Shown: in pieces, positions 1-11,800 of the stretch
Layout of the letters: each line of letters begins with the position of its first letter
Position numbering within the stretch: position 1 is the first letter of the stretch
Source of the DNA: Eledone cirrhosa
Taxonomy: Eukaryota
Length of the DNA stretch: 64,000 bases
Reading direction: 5' to 3'
Assembly: GCA_964016885.1 (NCBI GenBank)
Contig: OZ024740.1
Span: forward strand, 192,138,001-192,202,000
Notes under the pieces: model-generated
Seen by the model: the letters and a program-made list of their open reading frames with translations, nothing else
Database searches by the model: none
Told to the model about the DNA's origin: nothing
Position numbers and translations under genes: made by a program

Positions 1-1115
1 GCCAGGGAGCACCTGCTGGGGGAGATTCTGTCACATGACATTCCAGTCTCCACTTCACCGTTATTCGAACTGTTTAGGTTCAACATTGAAACCCTTTTCC
101 TTTAACTCTTTTGTTACCGCATTTCTAAAGAAAGACACTTCATATGGTGTTTCGAACATAACTTAAGGTATCTAAAACAAAATTGTGCTGGAAGGTTTTG
201 GGATAAAAATATGATTTTCGAGGATTGGTGAATGTATGGTTACATAACCACGGGTGATTTGATCACCCTCGGTGATTTTAGCATGGCCCTATCACGTTGT
301 AGACGAACATAAATAAACAAACAAACAAATAGGTAAACACCCCAAAAAATAAGCATAAGTTTCATTGTAATGTAATGTTCGAATGTCTGACTAAGTTTGT
401 TTGCTTGTCTGTCTGTCTGTTTGCTTTTCTTTTCTTTTTTCTTTTCTTACGTTTTTCGTCGCTGTTGTGCAGTTTTGATTTTGATTTTTGATTTTTTGAT
501 TTTCTGACCGGGTCATCAAATCAGTCTATTTATATCTTTTGATGCCTTCCTCATTTAGTGGGAACACTACGATGCATGTCTTAGCAGGAGGTAGTGGGAG
601 AGAATATCGGTGGTAGCAATAATGAAGCAGTGGTGCTGGTGATGTGCTAGTAGTACTTAGCAGGATGTAGTGCGAGAGAATAGTGGCGGTAGCGATAATG
701 AGGCAGTGGTGGTGGTGATGTGATCGTAGTACTGTAGTGATGGTGTTGAAGTTGAAGTACAAATAGAAGTTGAGGTAACTTGACTAGTGTTTTTGGCGTG
801 GTAGTGGTAATGTTGGTGGTGGTGTTGGTGGTGAAATGATTTGCTTGTCTGTCCACTTAGCCATTTTTCTCTTTTTCGACTATAACATTTCTGATCCAAA
901 ATTAAATATTAAATTGTGGGGCCCTATGCCGTAATGTGATGTGTTGTCGCTTGCTGAGAGAAAACACTGTAAAATTATACTTCATTTGTAATAAGAATTA
1001 TTCTATCACAGTTGTTTTAAATAAGTAAAAATCAAAAACTTACAGGGGCGATTCCATAACGATATATATCCACCATGTTCGTTTTCTTCCCTATCTTTCT
1101 TCCCTATTTCTTCCT
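1..1115 (-). mobile_element. 5' end (ORF start and ~1 kb 5' UTR) of an R4/Dong-like non-LTR retrotransposon, family A
   Basis: 1-95 and 219-380 match 45078-45365; the terminal ~120 bp resembles 46080-46197 and 40050-40165; abuts (TTA)n at 1116-1149. A ~120 bp unrelated insert lies at ~96-218. Confidence 0.75.
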
Positions 1116-1594
1116 TATTATTATTATTATTATTGTTATTATTATTATTGGTCTAAGCGGACGTATTTTGCTCGCTCACAGTAAGTCGCTTTGTTTGCCT
1201 GTTAAATTTATTTGTTGTTAAATATTTCTTGTTGTGTAAGGGATATAAGCCCTTAGACTTTGCTCCGTGAAGGGGAAAGTATAATATTTGGGCCTTTTGG
1301 ACCAAATATTTGAACTTTTTTTTACATGTTAAAAGATTTACGAAGACAAAATAACATTGCTGAGCCACGCCCCCCAGCGATATGTCGGCTGTCGTGCGAC
1401 AACGACGTAGAAGTTGAGAGGAGCGCTACAGCGAAATTAACACACATTGATAATACAAACACCACCACAAACAGGGTAAACAAAGACACCAATGATACCA
1501 ATAAGAACACTGAAAAAAATGGCAGTAACAGCGACCACGAAAATACAGATAACAAAAAAATAACAAATACAACAACAATATCAACACCACTAAC

Positions 1595-3317
1595 ATGAAA
1601 ACAAATACCGACAACACCAACAGCAACAATACTAACTGCACCGAGAATAACGTTGGCAACAAAGACAACAATGATAACAGCGACAGTGCTAACAACAACA
1701 CCAACAAGAACAACGACAGCAAAACCCCCAACGAAAACAAGAAGAACACTTTCGCGGCGGCAGCAGCAAAAAAGAGGCCATGCTTCAACATGGACCTCTC
1801 AAACAAAAATGAAAAGTTGGCCCAGGCATGGAAGCTCATCAGGCAAGAGCAAACTTGGGCCAACTTAACTGTCCCGGTAGTAGCTATTGAGGCAGTGGAG
1901 CGCAAAACGGTGCATTATAGATGCATCTCAGCACAAACCAAAAAGGCAGCTTTAATCCAACAAGAAGATGTCGAAGTCGCGCTAAGGTGCATCAGAGAAG
2001 ACACCCAGTACATAGAGAGGGGCAGACAGTACGGCACCAGTTCGGTGTTGTTCAAGTCAGAAGCCCTCGCTATGAAACACTCTATGACTTCTTGCAAAAC
2101 CAACAAGGTCATAATGTACCCCCTCCCACATGGGAAAAAAACGGTCCGTCTCCTTATTCCCAGAATCCCACCAGGACTTGTCATGTGGTGGCTTCTGGGA
2201 TGTGTGATTGTGGAGGGGACGGATACAGTCCCTATAGAAGTGACCAGAACGGCCAGAGAGGACTGGTCCGGGGTTGACCTGGAGATCCTTGTCCAGATAA
2301 GCCCGAGAATGTGAAGACAATCCCGGACCACATCTGCCTTCAGAATGGGACGGTCATTCACATTATGACCGAAGGCAAAAGGCCGCAGTGTTTTGTTTGT
2401 GGGGAAAAAACCCCACTTGCGAGCCTTCTGCCCTCAACTGCTGAAAGAGGCAAGGGGTCGAAAGGCTCCACTGCTGCCGGGGCGAGGACCACAACCAACA
2501 CCAGCACGGGCAAAACCACCAACAACAACACCAATAGAAAGACCACCACCAACATTGACCACCCAGGGGGGAAACGAGGAAAGCTGTCAATTTCCCACTC
2601 CGCCAAAAGATACACACACCAATAAAACCATAAACATACATACAGACACAATTACAGAGACAGACCCCTCATCTACCAGTAGTGAAAATGAGGGAAATCC
2701 AAAATCCCCCAAAATGCAAAAAAAGGAAACACAAAAAGAAAAAAAAAATCAACAAAGCACAAAAGCACCCTCAATAAAAAACGCAGACACCACCCACGCA
2801 AAGATCTCCAATAACACCAACATCAACACCACCATCACCATCACCAGAATCCCCCAAACGCAAACAACCGAAACAGACGCAAGAACAAATATACACACAA
2901 ACATCTGAAACCACAGACACCGCACTCACAACAAACACAGATACAAACGAAACAACACCACCAAAACCATCACCACCACAGTCACGCAAACAAATAAAAT
3001 CACACCAACAAAACATACAAAACTTCGTGCTCGTCAGGAGGGCCAATTGGGAACAGATGGCCCTCGTAGCACGAAGTGAAAATATACAAAAAGAGGGGGA
3101 CATTTTTAAATCGAGCACATTTCGCGTGCCGGAAGATTTGGTTTCTTTGCGAATGTCGCTCGACATATTCAAAGAAATACGAGACAGCTTTCCTCGGGAC
3201 GTGGGAACCCCGAACGTAAAACCCACTTCAAGACTTTTAATGGTGTTCCCAAAAGAAATCCCACTAACTGTGGAGGTCGAACAACCCGACCTTCACAAGA
3301 GCCCGGAAGGTAAGTAA
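1595..3317 (+). pseudogene. Tx1-like ORF1 (gag-like nucleic acid chaperone), frameshifted
   Basis: Asn/Thr-rich N-terminus, TFAAAA motif; zinc knuckle CFVCG..HLRAFCP split by a frameshift near 2410; homologous to CYLCGSKDHLRAFCP in copy 2. Confidence 0.75.
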
Positions 3318-3348
3318 ACCTTCCTCTCTCTCTGCTTAACCTGCCAAC

Positions 3349-6300
3349 ATGGCCGTATTAAGAGTAGGATGTTTAAATGATCGAGGCCTGGGATCGTCCT
3401 GGAAGCAGGGTCACCATCTTAACGATCTCAGGTCTATAGAAATGGATGTAATTGCAGTCAGCGAGACCAGGATTTCCGACCCGCGCGCTCTATCCCCCAT
3501 TTTCGACGACTGTCAGATCTTTGCATCTGTTAGCCGGCCGGGAATGGGAGGCGGGGTGGCAGTGCTGTTTATTAAAGGCCTGGATCTCGAGGTTAGGTCG
3601 ATCTTCCGGGACCCGGATGGGAACTTGGTGGTCCTGGACGTGAACAATAATGAAGGTGGTGCCTTTAGATTGGTGGCCGTCTATGTTCCTACTGGGGCAG
3701 GACGGCCGGGCTTCTTTAGACGCCTGGAAGCCTTTCTGGGTACATCTCGCCCTTTACTGTTAGCGGTGGACTGGAACGGCATCTTAGACGCACGCTGAGA
3801 CTGTGTGGTTGTATCCGATAGGAGCCGTAGGTGCAAAAGCGTCAAGAACCTGATCAGCCAGTTCCAACTCTCTGACAGGTACCGACTAGATTTCCCTAAT
3901 GCGCCAGTGTGGACCTGGGCTAACCGCATAGTGTCATCTAGATCGTATATAGACAGGATATTCATTAGGAAAATAGACAGAAATAGTGAAAGCTGTCCAC
4001 GTTTTGAAACGGTCGCCTATTCAGATCACAAGTTTGTGATCTGTATGGTCGACCTAGATAAGACGCGTAGGTTAGGACCTGGTTAGTGGAAGTTAAACAT
4101 GTCATTTGCGTAACGTAAGGCTTACGGGAACCAGGTCAACAATTTAGTTAAGAAAAAGTTGACAGGGGGAGTCGTCAACAATAGAAGGTGGGGGGCTCTC
4201 AAAAGAGAGACTAGAGTAATGTCGATAGAGATTAGCAAAGAAGTAGCATTAGAGAAAAATAGAAAGGAGTGGGAGTTGGTATATAAGTTAGACGAAGCTA
4301 TTGGTAGTGGCATTGCAACTGACGTGCTAGCGGCGAGAATGGTATTATACCATTTCTTCAATGCGAAACACGAAGGTTGCATTGTCAGAGCTAAGGCGCG
4401 TGCTCTGAGAAACGAGGGAACCAAAGCTGTTCGATGTGCCCGCGTGGAAGAGGCGCAGCGTGGTAATAAAACCATGATTCGGTCTTTGACGGACCGAGAG
4501 AGCACGAGCTGAACGATTCCACGAGGATGTGTGAAGCCTTTCGCCAACATTTTGCTCGGTTGTTCGGTGGAAGTGGTGGGTCAGAGATGGTGGCGGACTT
4601 CAATCCCTACCACGATGGCTTGCCGTAACTCACGACGGCTGACGCTGGGCGCTGCGAGAGGCCAATTACTTCAGCCGAGATTCAGGATGCTCTTGTCGGC
4701 TGCATGAGGCGCAAGTCACCCGGTTTGGATGGTCTGCCCTACGAGCTTTACGTAAATATGTCAGACTTGTTCTCCAATCTCCTCGAAGCCCTCTACTGCA
4801 ACTGGCAGCAACATGGTAGTATTCCCAGTTCTGTGAGCCGGGGCCTAGTGACGCTGATAAGGAAAGACGAGAACAAGAGGGACACATTAGACAATTTCAG
4901 GCCCATAACTCTGCTCAACACAGAGTTTAAGATTTTGGCCAGGGTGTTAGCGAAGAGGTTGGCGCTTGTCGTCGGGGATGTTGTTGGGGAGGCACAAACT
5001 TGCGCAATCCCAACCAGGTCCATACACGACAACCTCCACCTAATGCGATACATCATAGAGAGGGTCAAAACTAATGGCCACCTCTCGGAACCGTTTCAGG
5101 TTTCCCAATCGGTCCGTCAAGGGTGCCCTCTCTCCTCCCTTCTGTACGTATTGACTCTCGAGCTTTTACTGGGGAAGCTGGAGCTGTTGCAGAGCATGCC
5201 ACTCGAACCGGGAGGTGGAAAGGCCGTGTCGGCTTATGCGGGCAACTTCATCGTGGTGGTGTCGGACACCTCAGAAATCGAGGTGGTCGTCAACTTATTG
5301 GAGGAATATGAAAACTTAACCCGGAAAAGTCAGTGGGCTTGCAACTCGGCACCTGGAGAGATAAGTCCATGCCGTCCAACAACGTCGTTAGGCGCTGGAC
5401 GGACGGACCGGTAAAGTTGCTAGGGGTTTTGTTCTTGCCAGACCTCCAGGTGGATAATAATTGGGACGAGGTAACGGGCAGGGTAGTCAGTCTTACCCAG
5501 AAATGGGCTGGGATGAAGCTATCACTGAAAGTTCGGGCGGAGGTGGCAAACGCGTACATCTCGTCCGTCATCTACTACCGTCTGACTGTCGTCCCTTGCC
5601 CCCGTTCGCGCTTCGCCATCTCAAAGTGGCTCATCTTCAAATACTTGTGGAGGTGTCAGGTTCCGCTGGTGAGGCGGTCCATCTGCTGCCAGCACTCTCT
5701 ACGTGGAGAGCTGGGCATGCCGTGGCTAATGATCCGCAGGTATGGTCGCCGTTTGTCAGATGTGCCTTTCCGCAGCTCGTTTCTTTGACTGAGTTGCAGT
5801 CCTAGGTCAAAAAGAGACTGAGACTGAGTGACTGACATCTGGAATGTTGCCAGGCACTCACTGCCCTCTACCAGGCGGGTAATGCGGTCAGTGGAACTCC
5901 ACTCTCGAGTTCTATAGAGGATTAGTGGTGGGCAAGTGCGACGACTCACTTGGAGAGGCACTGGGAGTCAACGAAGTCGAACTAACTAGTCTGTACTGGA
6001 GGACTTTCGAGCCGGGGACGATGGATCATTTCCAAAAATCCCTCGCTTGGCAGTGCTACCGGGGGTCACTGCCGGTTCGAGATAAACTCTAAAGGCACGG
6101 AAGTGCTGTCAGACGGACCTGCCCGAGATGCGCGCAGAGCGACGAAACCGTTCTGCACGCACTCGTCCAATGTCCGTGCATTACTGACTTGTGGAGTTAT
6201 GTTGAACAGCTGTTGTCGTGTGTAGAACGGATCCGGCTATCGGCCGAGTCCATAGTGAAGATCGACCCGCCGCCTTCTTTAGGCAATTTTCCTCTGTCTG

Positions 6301-6521
6301 GTGGCAGTAGCGAAAGAGGTTTTATGGTGGACGAGGTTGAAAGGACTGAAGACAGACACTTTTCTCTTCGACTAATCCCTCATCAACTGTTTCAAGTTTC
6401 ACTTGGAAAGGAAGGTGAGGGTGGAGAGAGAAGTGCTGCCCCCAGTACATTTACTGAAAGGTGGGAGAATGTGGCGCGAATGGCCCGTGTGAGTGGGCCT
6501 ACTCTGGTCATGTGGCTGTAG
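3349..6521 (+). pseudogene. Tx1-like ORF2: APE endonuclease, reverse transcriptase, C-terminal CCHC; multiple stops and frameshifts
   Basis: APE motifs (N..GL, VSET, DWN, YIDRI, SDH); RT motifs KSPGLDGL, FRPITLLN, RQGCPLS; CPRC..ETVLHALVQC at ~6120-6175; ~165 bp internal RT deletion at ~5066 relative to copy 2. Confidence 0.9.
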
Positions 6522-6643
6522 GTAGATACATTTGAAGAGGAGAGGGATGCCCTTCCAGGGTGGTCTCGAAGAGTCGGGACGTTCAGGACTGGTGGGGTAC
6601 CTGAGCGAACCCTAGGTGGTCATCCCCCCGATTGGGGAAATTT

Positions 6644-8850
6644 TTCTCCCACCAATACTTTTGATGGGGCAGGTCAAAATGCTTACACATTATCCAATGT
6701 ATGTATTGTGCAGCTCTGTCATGCCTGCTTAGGTATTCGGTTGGAACTATAGGACTGCACATTGAAACTATATGATCAATGGTCTCTGGTTGTTTTTTAC
6801 ATACACGGCATAATGGGCTGCATCCATTTTTTAATATGGTGGCTTGGTAATTTTTTGTTGGCAGAAACTGATCTTGTGCTGATATAATCAGTCTTTCAGT
6901 CTTCAATTTCAGTCCAGAGGATGCCAACCACTGATAGGTTAAAGGTTTGTCAACATCAGCATTGTTAACTATTTCTGGGTATGTTCCATACAGAGGCTTT
7001 TCCTGCCATTTGTTAGCCATTTTCTGTAGCAATTCTTTCTTTGCAGTTACTTTTACCGGCTTTGCTTTTTCTGTGTTTTCCATTTCAGCAGTAAATGGAA
7101 CTTCTGAAAGTTGTAGTCCATTACTGTATCTTTGTGCATCTTTTGTAATGGAGTATGATCTTTTGATGCTTTCGTGTTTCAAAACGAGTTTGATCATTCA
7201 ATCATGTGATTCCCTATCTAAATATGTAGATAATCCAATTTTTAACGTAATATCTAACTGGATTAACCCACGTCCTCCTTCTTTCCTAGGGAGATATATT
7301 CTATATGTATCTTCCTTAGGGTAATACATTCTGTGCATGGTTGAGAATTTTCTAATTTTTGCATCGAGCCTACGGATCTCTGTGCTTGACCAGTTGATGA
7401 CATTGTAACTGTATGTTACTACTGGTATGGCAAGCGTGTTTATGGCATCGATCCTATTCCTTGCATTCAATTCCGTTCTTCAGATTGCGGTAACATTCCT
7501 TCCTTATCCTTTCCCTCTCTGTCGAGTGCTTGATTCCGTCTCCTTCACAAACACCTAGATAGTTGTAAGTTTCCTCTTGATCAAGTTCTCTTATCACATT
7601 CCCCGATCAAGACTAATGTCTGAACTTTTCAGCAGCTTTCTTCTGGTGAATGTTGTTTTGGCGCATTTATCTAGTCCAAACTCCTTGGGCGACAGTTTTA
7701 GCTTGATTATTTCTATCAGCATGTCTATGTCACTTGTTGATTTTATACTGTATTTTCTTTTCAATTTTCTAAGTTTAGTTTGTTTAACATGACCACCGAC
7801 TTTGTAGTTTTTTAACATTTCTATGTCATATCGGAGAAGGTTTATTTGGTGATTGATGTTCTCTTGACAAGTAGATTTCTTGTAGGAATTCCTTTGTTTT
7901 GTCATTTTCACACCTCATAAGTGAGTGATGACTTTAACCGATGCATAATAGAGATGATTTAAATCAGTAATGTTTAGTTTGTTTGTAATTTTTTTTGAGA
8001 ATTATGTTAGTCTTGTGTATTATCTTTTGGTTCTGTTTGGAGTTCTGGATCTTAGGGAGGGTGTCTCGTTCTCCCATGTCAGATTCTTTCATTTTCATCC
8101 ATTCGATCATAATTTCATCCTTCAAGTTGGTATCATTCCTAGAGCGCCTACAACCACTGGAATTGTTTTAGTTCTCAATTTCCACATTTTTCCAATTTCT
8201 ATCCCCCGGTCCTTATACTTGCTCAATTTTTCAAATGTTTTTATAGATACATTCTTGTCTATTGGAACGGACATATCAATAGGGAGGCAAACCCTCTTTT
8301 TAAAGTACTTCAGTATGATATCAGGTTTATTTGCATCTATTTTTCGGTCTGTTTGGATGCTAAAATTCCACAAGATTGAGATGTGATCTTTTTCAAATAT
8401 GGGAGGCTGTTGATGCTCCCACCAATTCTTTTGATGGGGCACGTCAAAATGCGTACACATTATCCAATGTATGTATTGTGCAGCTCTGTTTAGGTATTCG
8501 GTTGGAACTATAGGACTGCACATTGTAATTATATGATCAATGGTCTCTGGTTGCTTTTTACATACACGGCATAATGGGCTGCATCTATTTTTTATTATGT
8601 TGGCTTGGTAATTTTTGTTGGCAGACAATGATCTTGTGTTGATATAATCCTTCCTTCAGTCTCCGATTTCAGTCCAGAGGATGCCAACCACTGATGTGTT
8701 AAAGTTTTGTCAACATCAGGATTGTTAGCTCTTTCTGGGTATTTTCTATACAGAAGCATTTCCTGCCATTTTTTAACCAGTTTCTGTAGCAGTTATTTCT
8801 TTGCAGTTACTTTTACCTGCTTTGCTTTTTCTGTGTTTTCTATTTCAGCA
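6644..8850 (-). mobile_element. Rearranged fragments of R4/Dong-like elements (family B): post-RT region, CCHC, restriction-like endonuclease, N-terminal piece
   Basis: LNARNRIDAINTLAIPV, CRVCKKQPETIDHIVSMC, KPDIILK..IDMSVP..EKLSKY, PVVVGALG; 6644-7090 duplicates 8414-8850; 7728-8130 matches 38045-38458. Confidence 0.9.
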
Positions 8851-11800
8851 GCAACAATAATAGTAGGAACAGTATCAACAAAAATAACAATATTAACACA
8901 GCCACAATAACAGTAACACCAGCAATAGTATCAACGAAAACATCAACAACAACACCAACACCTGTACCAACGAAAACATCAACAATGACATCGATACCTG
9001 TAATAGCGATCTAAGCACCACCAGTAAGACCAGTAGCGGCAGCAGCAATAGTGGCGCTGCTGAAAAAGGGACCACTTCTTTTGCAGGTGTCGCCCGAAAT
9101 ATCGAGACAGTGTTAGTCACAGACGACGAGATGGCAGTCGCAAGGGCCATGGTAACAAGAAGCGCCAATATAGTCTCCCTGAAATCTCCACCCGATTTAT
9201 TCAAGGACCAGCAGCTACGGACAGTGGCTTACCGCACCGTAAGCAAAATCTCACATCGGGTGGAGAGAGCCACGGAGGCGCTCAAATGCAAAAGGCCTTG
9301 GGATGCGTCTGGGCACGCAAAACCCACATCACCCGAGGCAGAAAGTACGCCACAGTAGACGTACTTTTCTCCACCCCCCCATGAAGCAAAGTCTCACTCT
9401 TTGGAAACACTAAAGAGTAAGGAGTTAGTATTGGTGCCCTCCTACTGCGGGCAGAAAATTGTGAGGGTCAAAGTGACCCAGGTCCCACCCGACGTGCCTA
9501 TACCTTGGCTGACCGCATCTGTTCTTGCTAGAATCGCGAACAGTACGACCATGCTGCAAGTAAAACAAATAGGGAGAGAGAACTGGTCAGGTATGCAAAT
9601 GCTTATACAAACTGACCAGGTATGTATCAACGCTATCCCCGATATCATAGACATCGAGGAAGGACTCCGACTCCCTATAACTGTAGAAGGAAGACGGCCA
9701 ACATGTTATCTCTGTGGGTCGAAGGATCACCTCAGGGCCTTTTGCCCGCAGAAGACAGCGAAGTAGAAGGCCTCTCTCCTTCCAATACCTGGTCCGCTGC
9801 TACCAAGAGCAGGGCAGGCAACAAACGCAGAAGCCCCTTCCACGGTGAGTAGGAGGACAACGTCCGTAGCAGCCGTACCAAGGCCACGGACAACTAAAGC
9901 AGCATCATCAGTGGCGGCAACACCAATAGCTACATTCGAAGTAGCTACACCAGCAACAACATTGCCGAAGAGCGCTCCACTACCAACACAGACAGCTGTG
10001 GAGCACATACTCCTCCCAGATGCCACAGAATCCGACATGGCGTTTGAGGCGGGAGTGAAGTGGCAAACGGTCTGCCACAAAAAAACATAAAAGAAGAAAA
10101 ACCCTTAGATTCACCGTCCAAAAGCGAAGGCATACATAGAGAGGTAAAGGCAGCGGGGAAACATGCAGCAACACCACCACCATCACTAACAACAACAATC
10201 ACACCATCATCAGTTCACCAAAAATACCAACAACGCAAACAAAACAAAACACACACACCAAACAGCAACAAGAAGAAAACAGCCCCCCCCCCCACCAAAA
10301 AAAAGGTACACAGTCATAAACATGGCAAAAAAGAACTCATACAATATATAAAGCAGCACCCAGCATCACAGAAACAAACTACTACACCCCACCAACACCA
10401 ATAACTCTCCCGACAAACATAAGCATCATTGAAATCTCAATAGAACAGTACAAACCTTTAAAACAAAAATTCCCCAACGCAGTTGGAGACTTCTGAGGGT
10501 CAGTTACCAAGAGGATATACACTGACATCCTCTTGGAAACTCCCATGAGCAGCGAAAGTGCGGTTCTATTGTTCCTTCACCACACGATCAAGGTAAGTGA
10601 CCGTTCTCACTTGCCCCGTTTCTCATCCAACATGGCCGTACTCAGAATAGGCAGTATAAATGCATGTTGCATGGCGTCATCTTGGAAGCAGGGTCACCTG
10701 CTCAACGACCTCAGGTCACTAAACATAGTTGTGGTGGCCATCAGTGAGACCAGAATCTCCGAAGCAGAAGCCTTCGCACCGATCTTCGGCCCTACGACGT
10801 ATACGCATCTCCCAGCCGTCCAGGATCGGGGGGAGGGGTTGCCGTCCTTTTTCGGAGAGGCTTGGATCTCGCCATACGGGCCATCTTCCTAGACCCAGAA
10901 GGTAAGTCGGTCGTGCTGGACGTGACCGGCAGCGAAGGCAATGCTTTCAGTCTAGTAGCCATCTACGCCCCAACAGGGGCAGGACAGCCAGATTTCTTCA
11001 GCGTCTAGAGACCTTTCTTAGAACGTCCCGCTCATTATTGTTAGTGGGCGACTGGAACGGTATATTGGATGCACGCTGGGATTATGTGGGGTTAGTGGAT
11101 AGGGGAGGAGGGTGCAAGAGCCTCACCAACCTGCTCAGACGTTTTGAACTGTCTGACAGGTATCAACTGGATCACCCAAATGTGCCAATGTGGACATGAA
11201 AAAACCGCATCGTGTCATCCAGATCGTATCTCGATAGGGTATTCTGCAGAGAACTAGATAAAGCTAGTATAAGTTGTCCACAATTTAAAATAGTCGACTA
11301 CACAGACCACAAATTTGTGATCTGTGAGATCGACATAGACAGACTTCATAGACAAGGGCCCTGTTACTGGAAGCTGAACGCGTCTTTCCCGTGCGCAAGC
11401 CTACAGAGACCGGATTAGCGTATTAGTTAAGCGGGCGTTGACGGGAGCGGTCGATTAGTCGATTAGTTTTAGCAAAGGAGTAGTGATAGAGGAAAATAGA
11501 GTAGAGGGAGAGCTAGTCAGAAAGATAGAAGAGGCGTTTAGGACAGACTTCGAAACCGACGTGCTAGCGGCGAGATTGGCACTCGACCAATTCTTCAACG
11601 CAAAACACGAAGGCTGCTTTGTCAGAGCTAGAACGCGTGCTCTGAAACACGAGGGGACAAAATCCGTCTAATGGGCCCGGGTGGCAGAGGCGCGACGTTG
11701 CAACAAAGCCACAATTCGGTCTTTGTCTGACCAAAACGGGTGCGTGATGCTCGAACCTGAGCTGATGTGTGAAGCTTTTCAGCAGCACTTTGCTGAACTG

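Larger units (their letters stand above)
1150..6643 (+). mobile_element. Tx1/L1-clade LINE copy 1 (decayed, 3' tail missing)
   Basis: Two-ORF layout with CCHC ORF1 and APE-RT-CCHC ORF2; colinear with copy 2 (8850-14380); begins right after (TTA)n. Confidence 0.9.
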
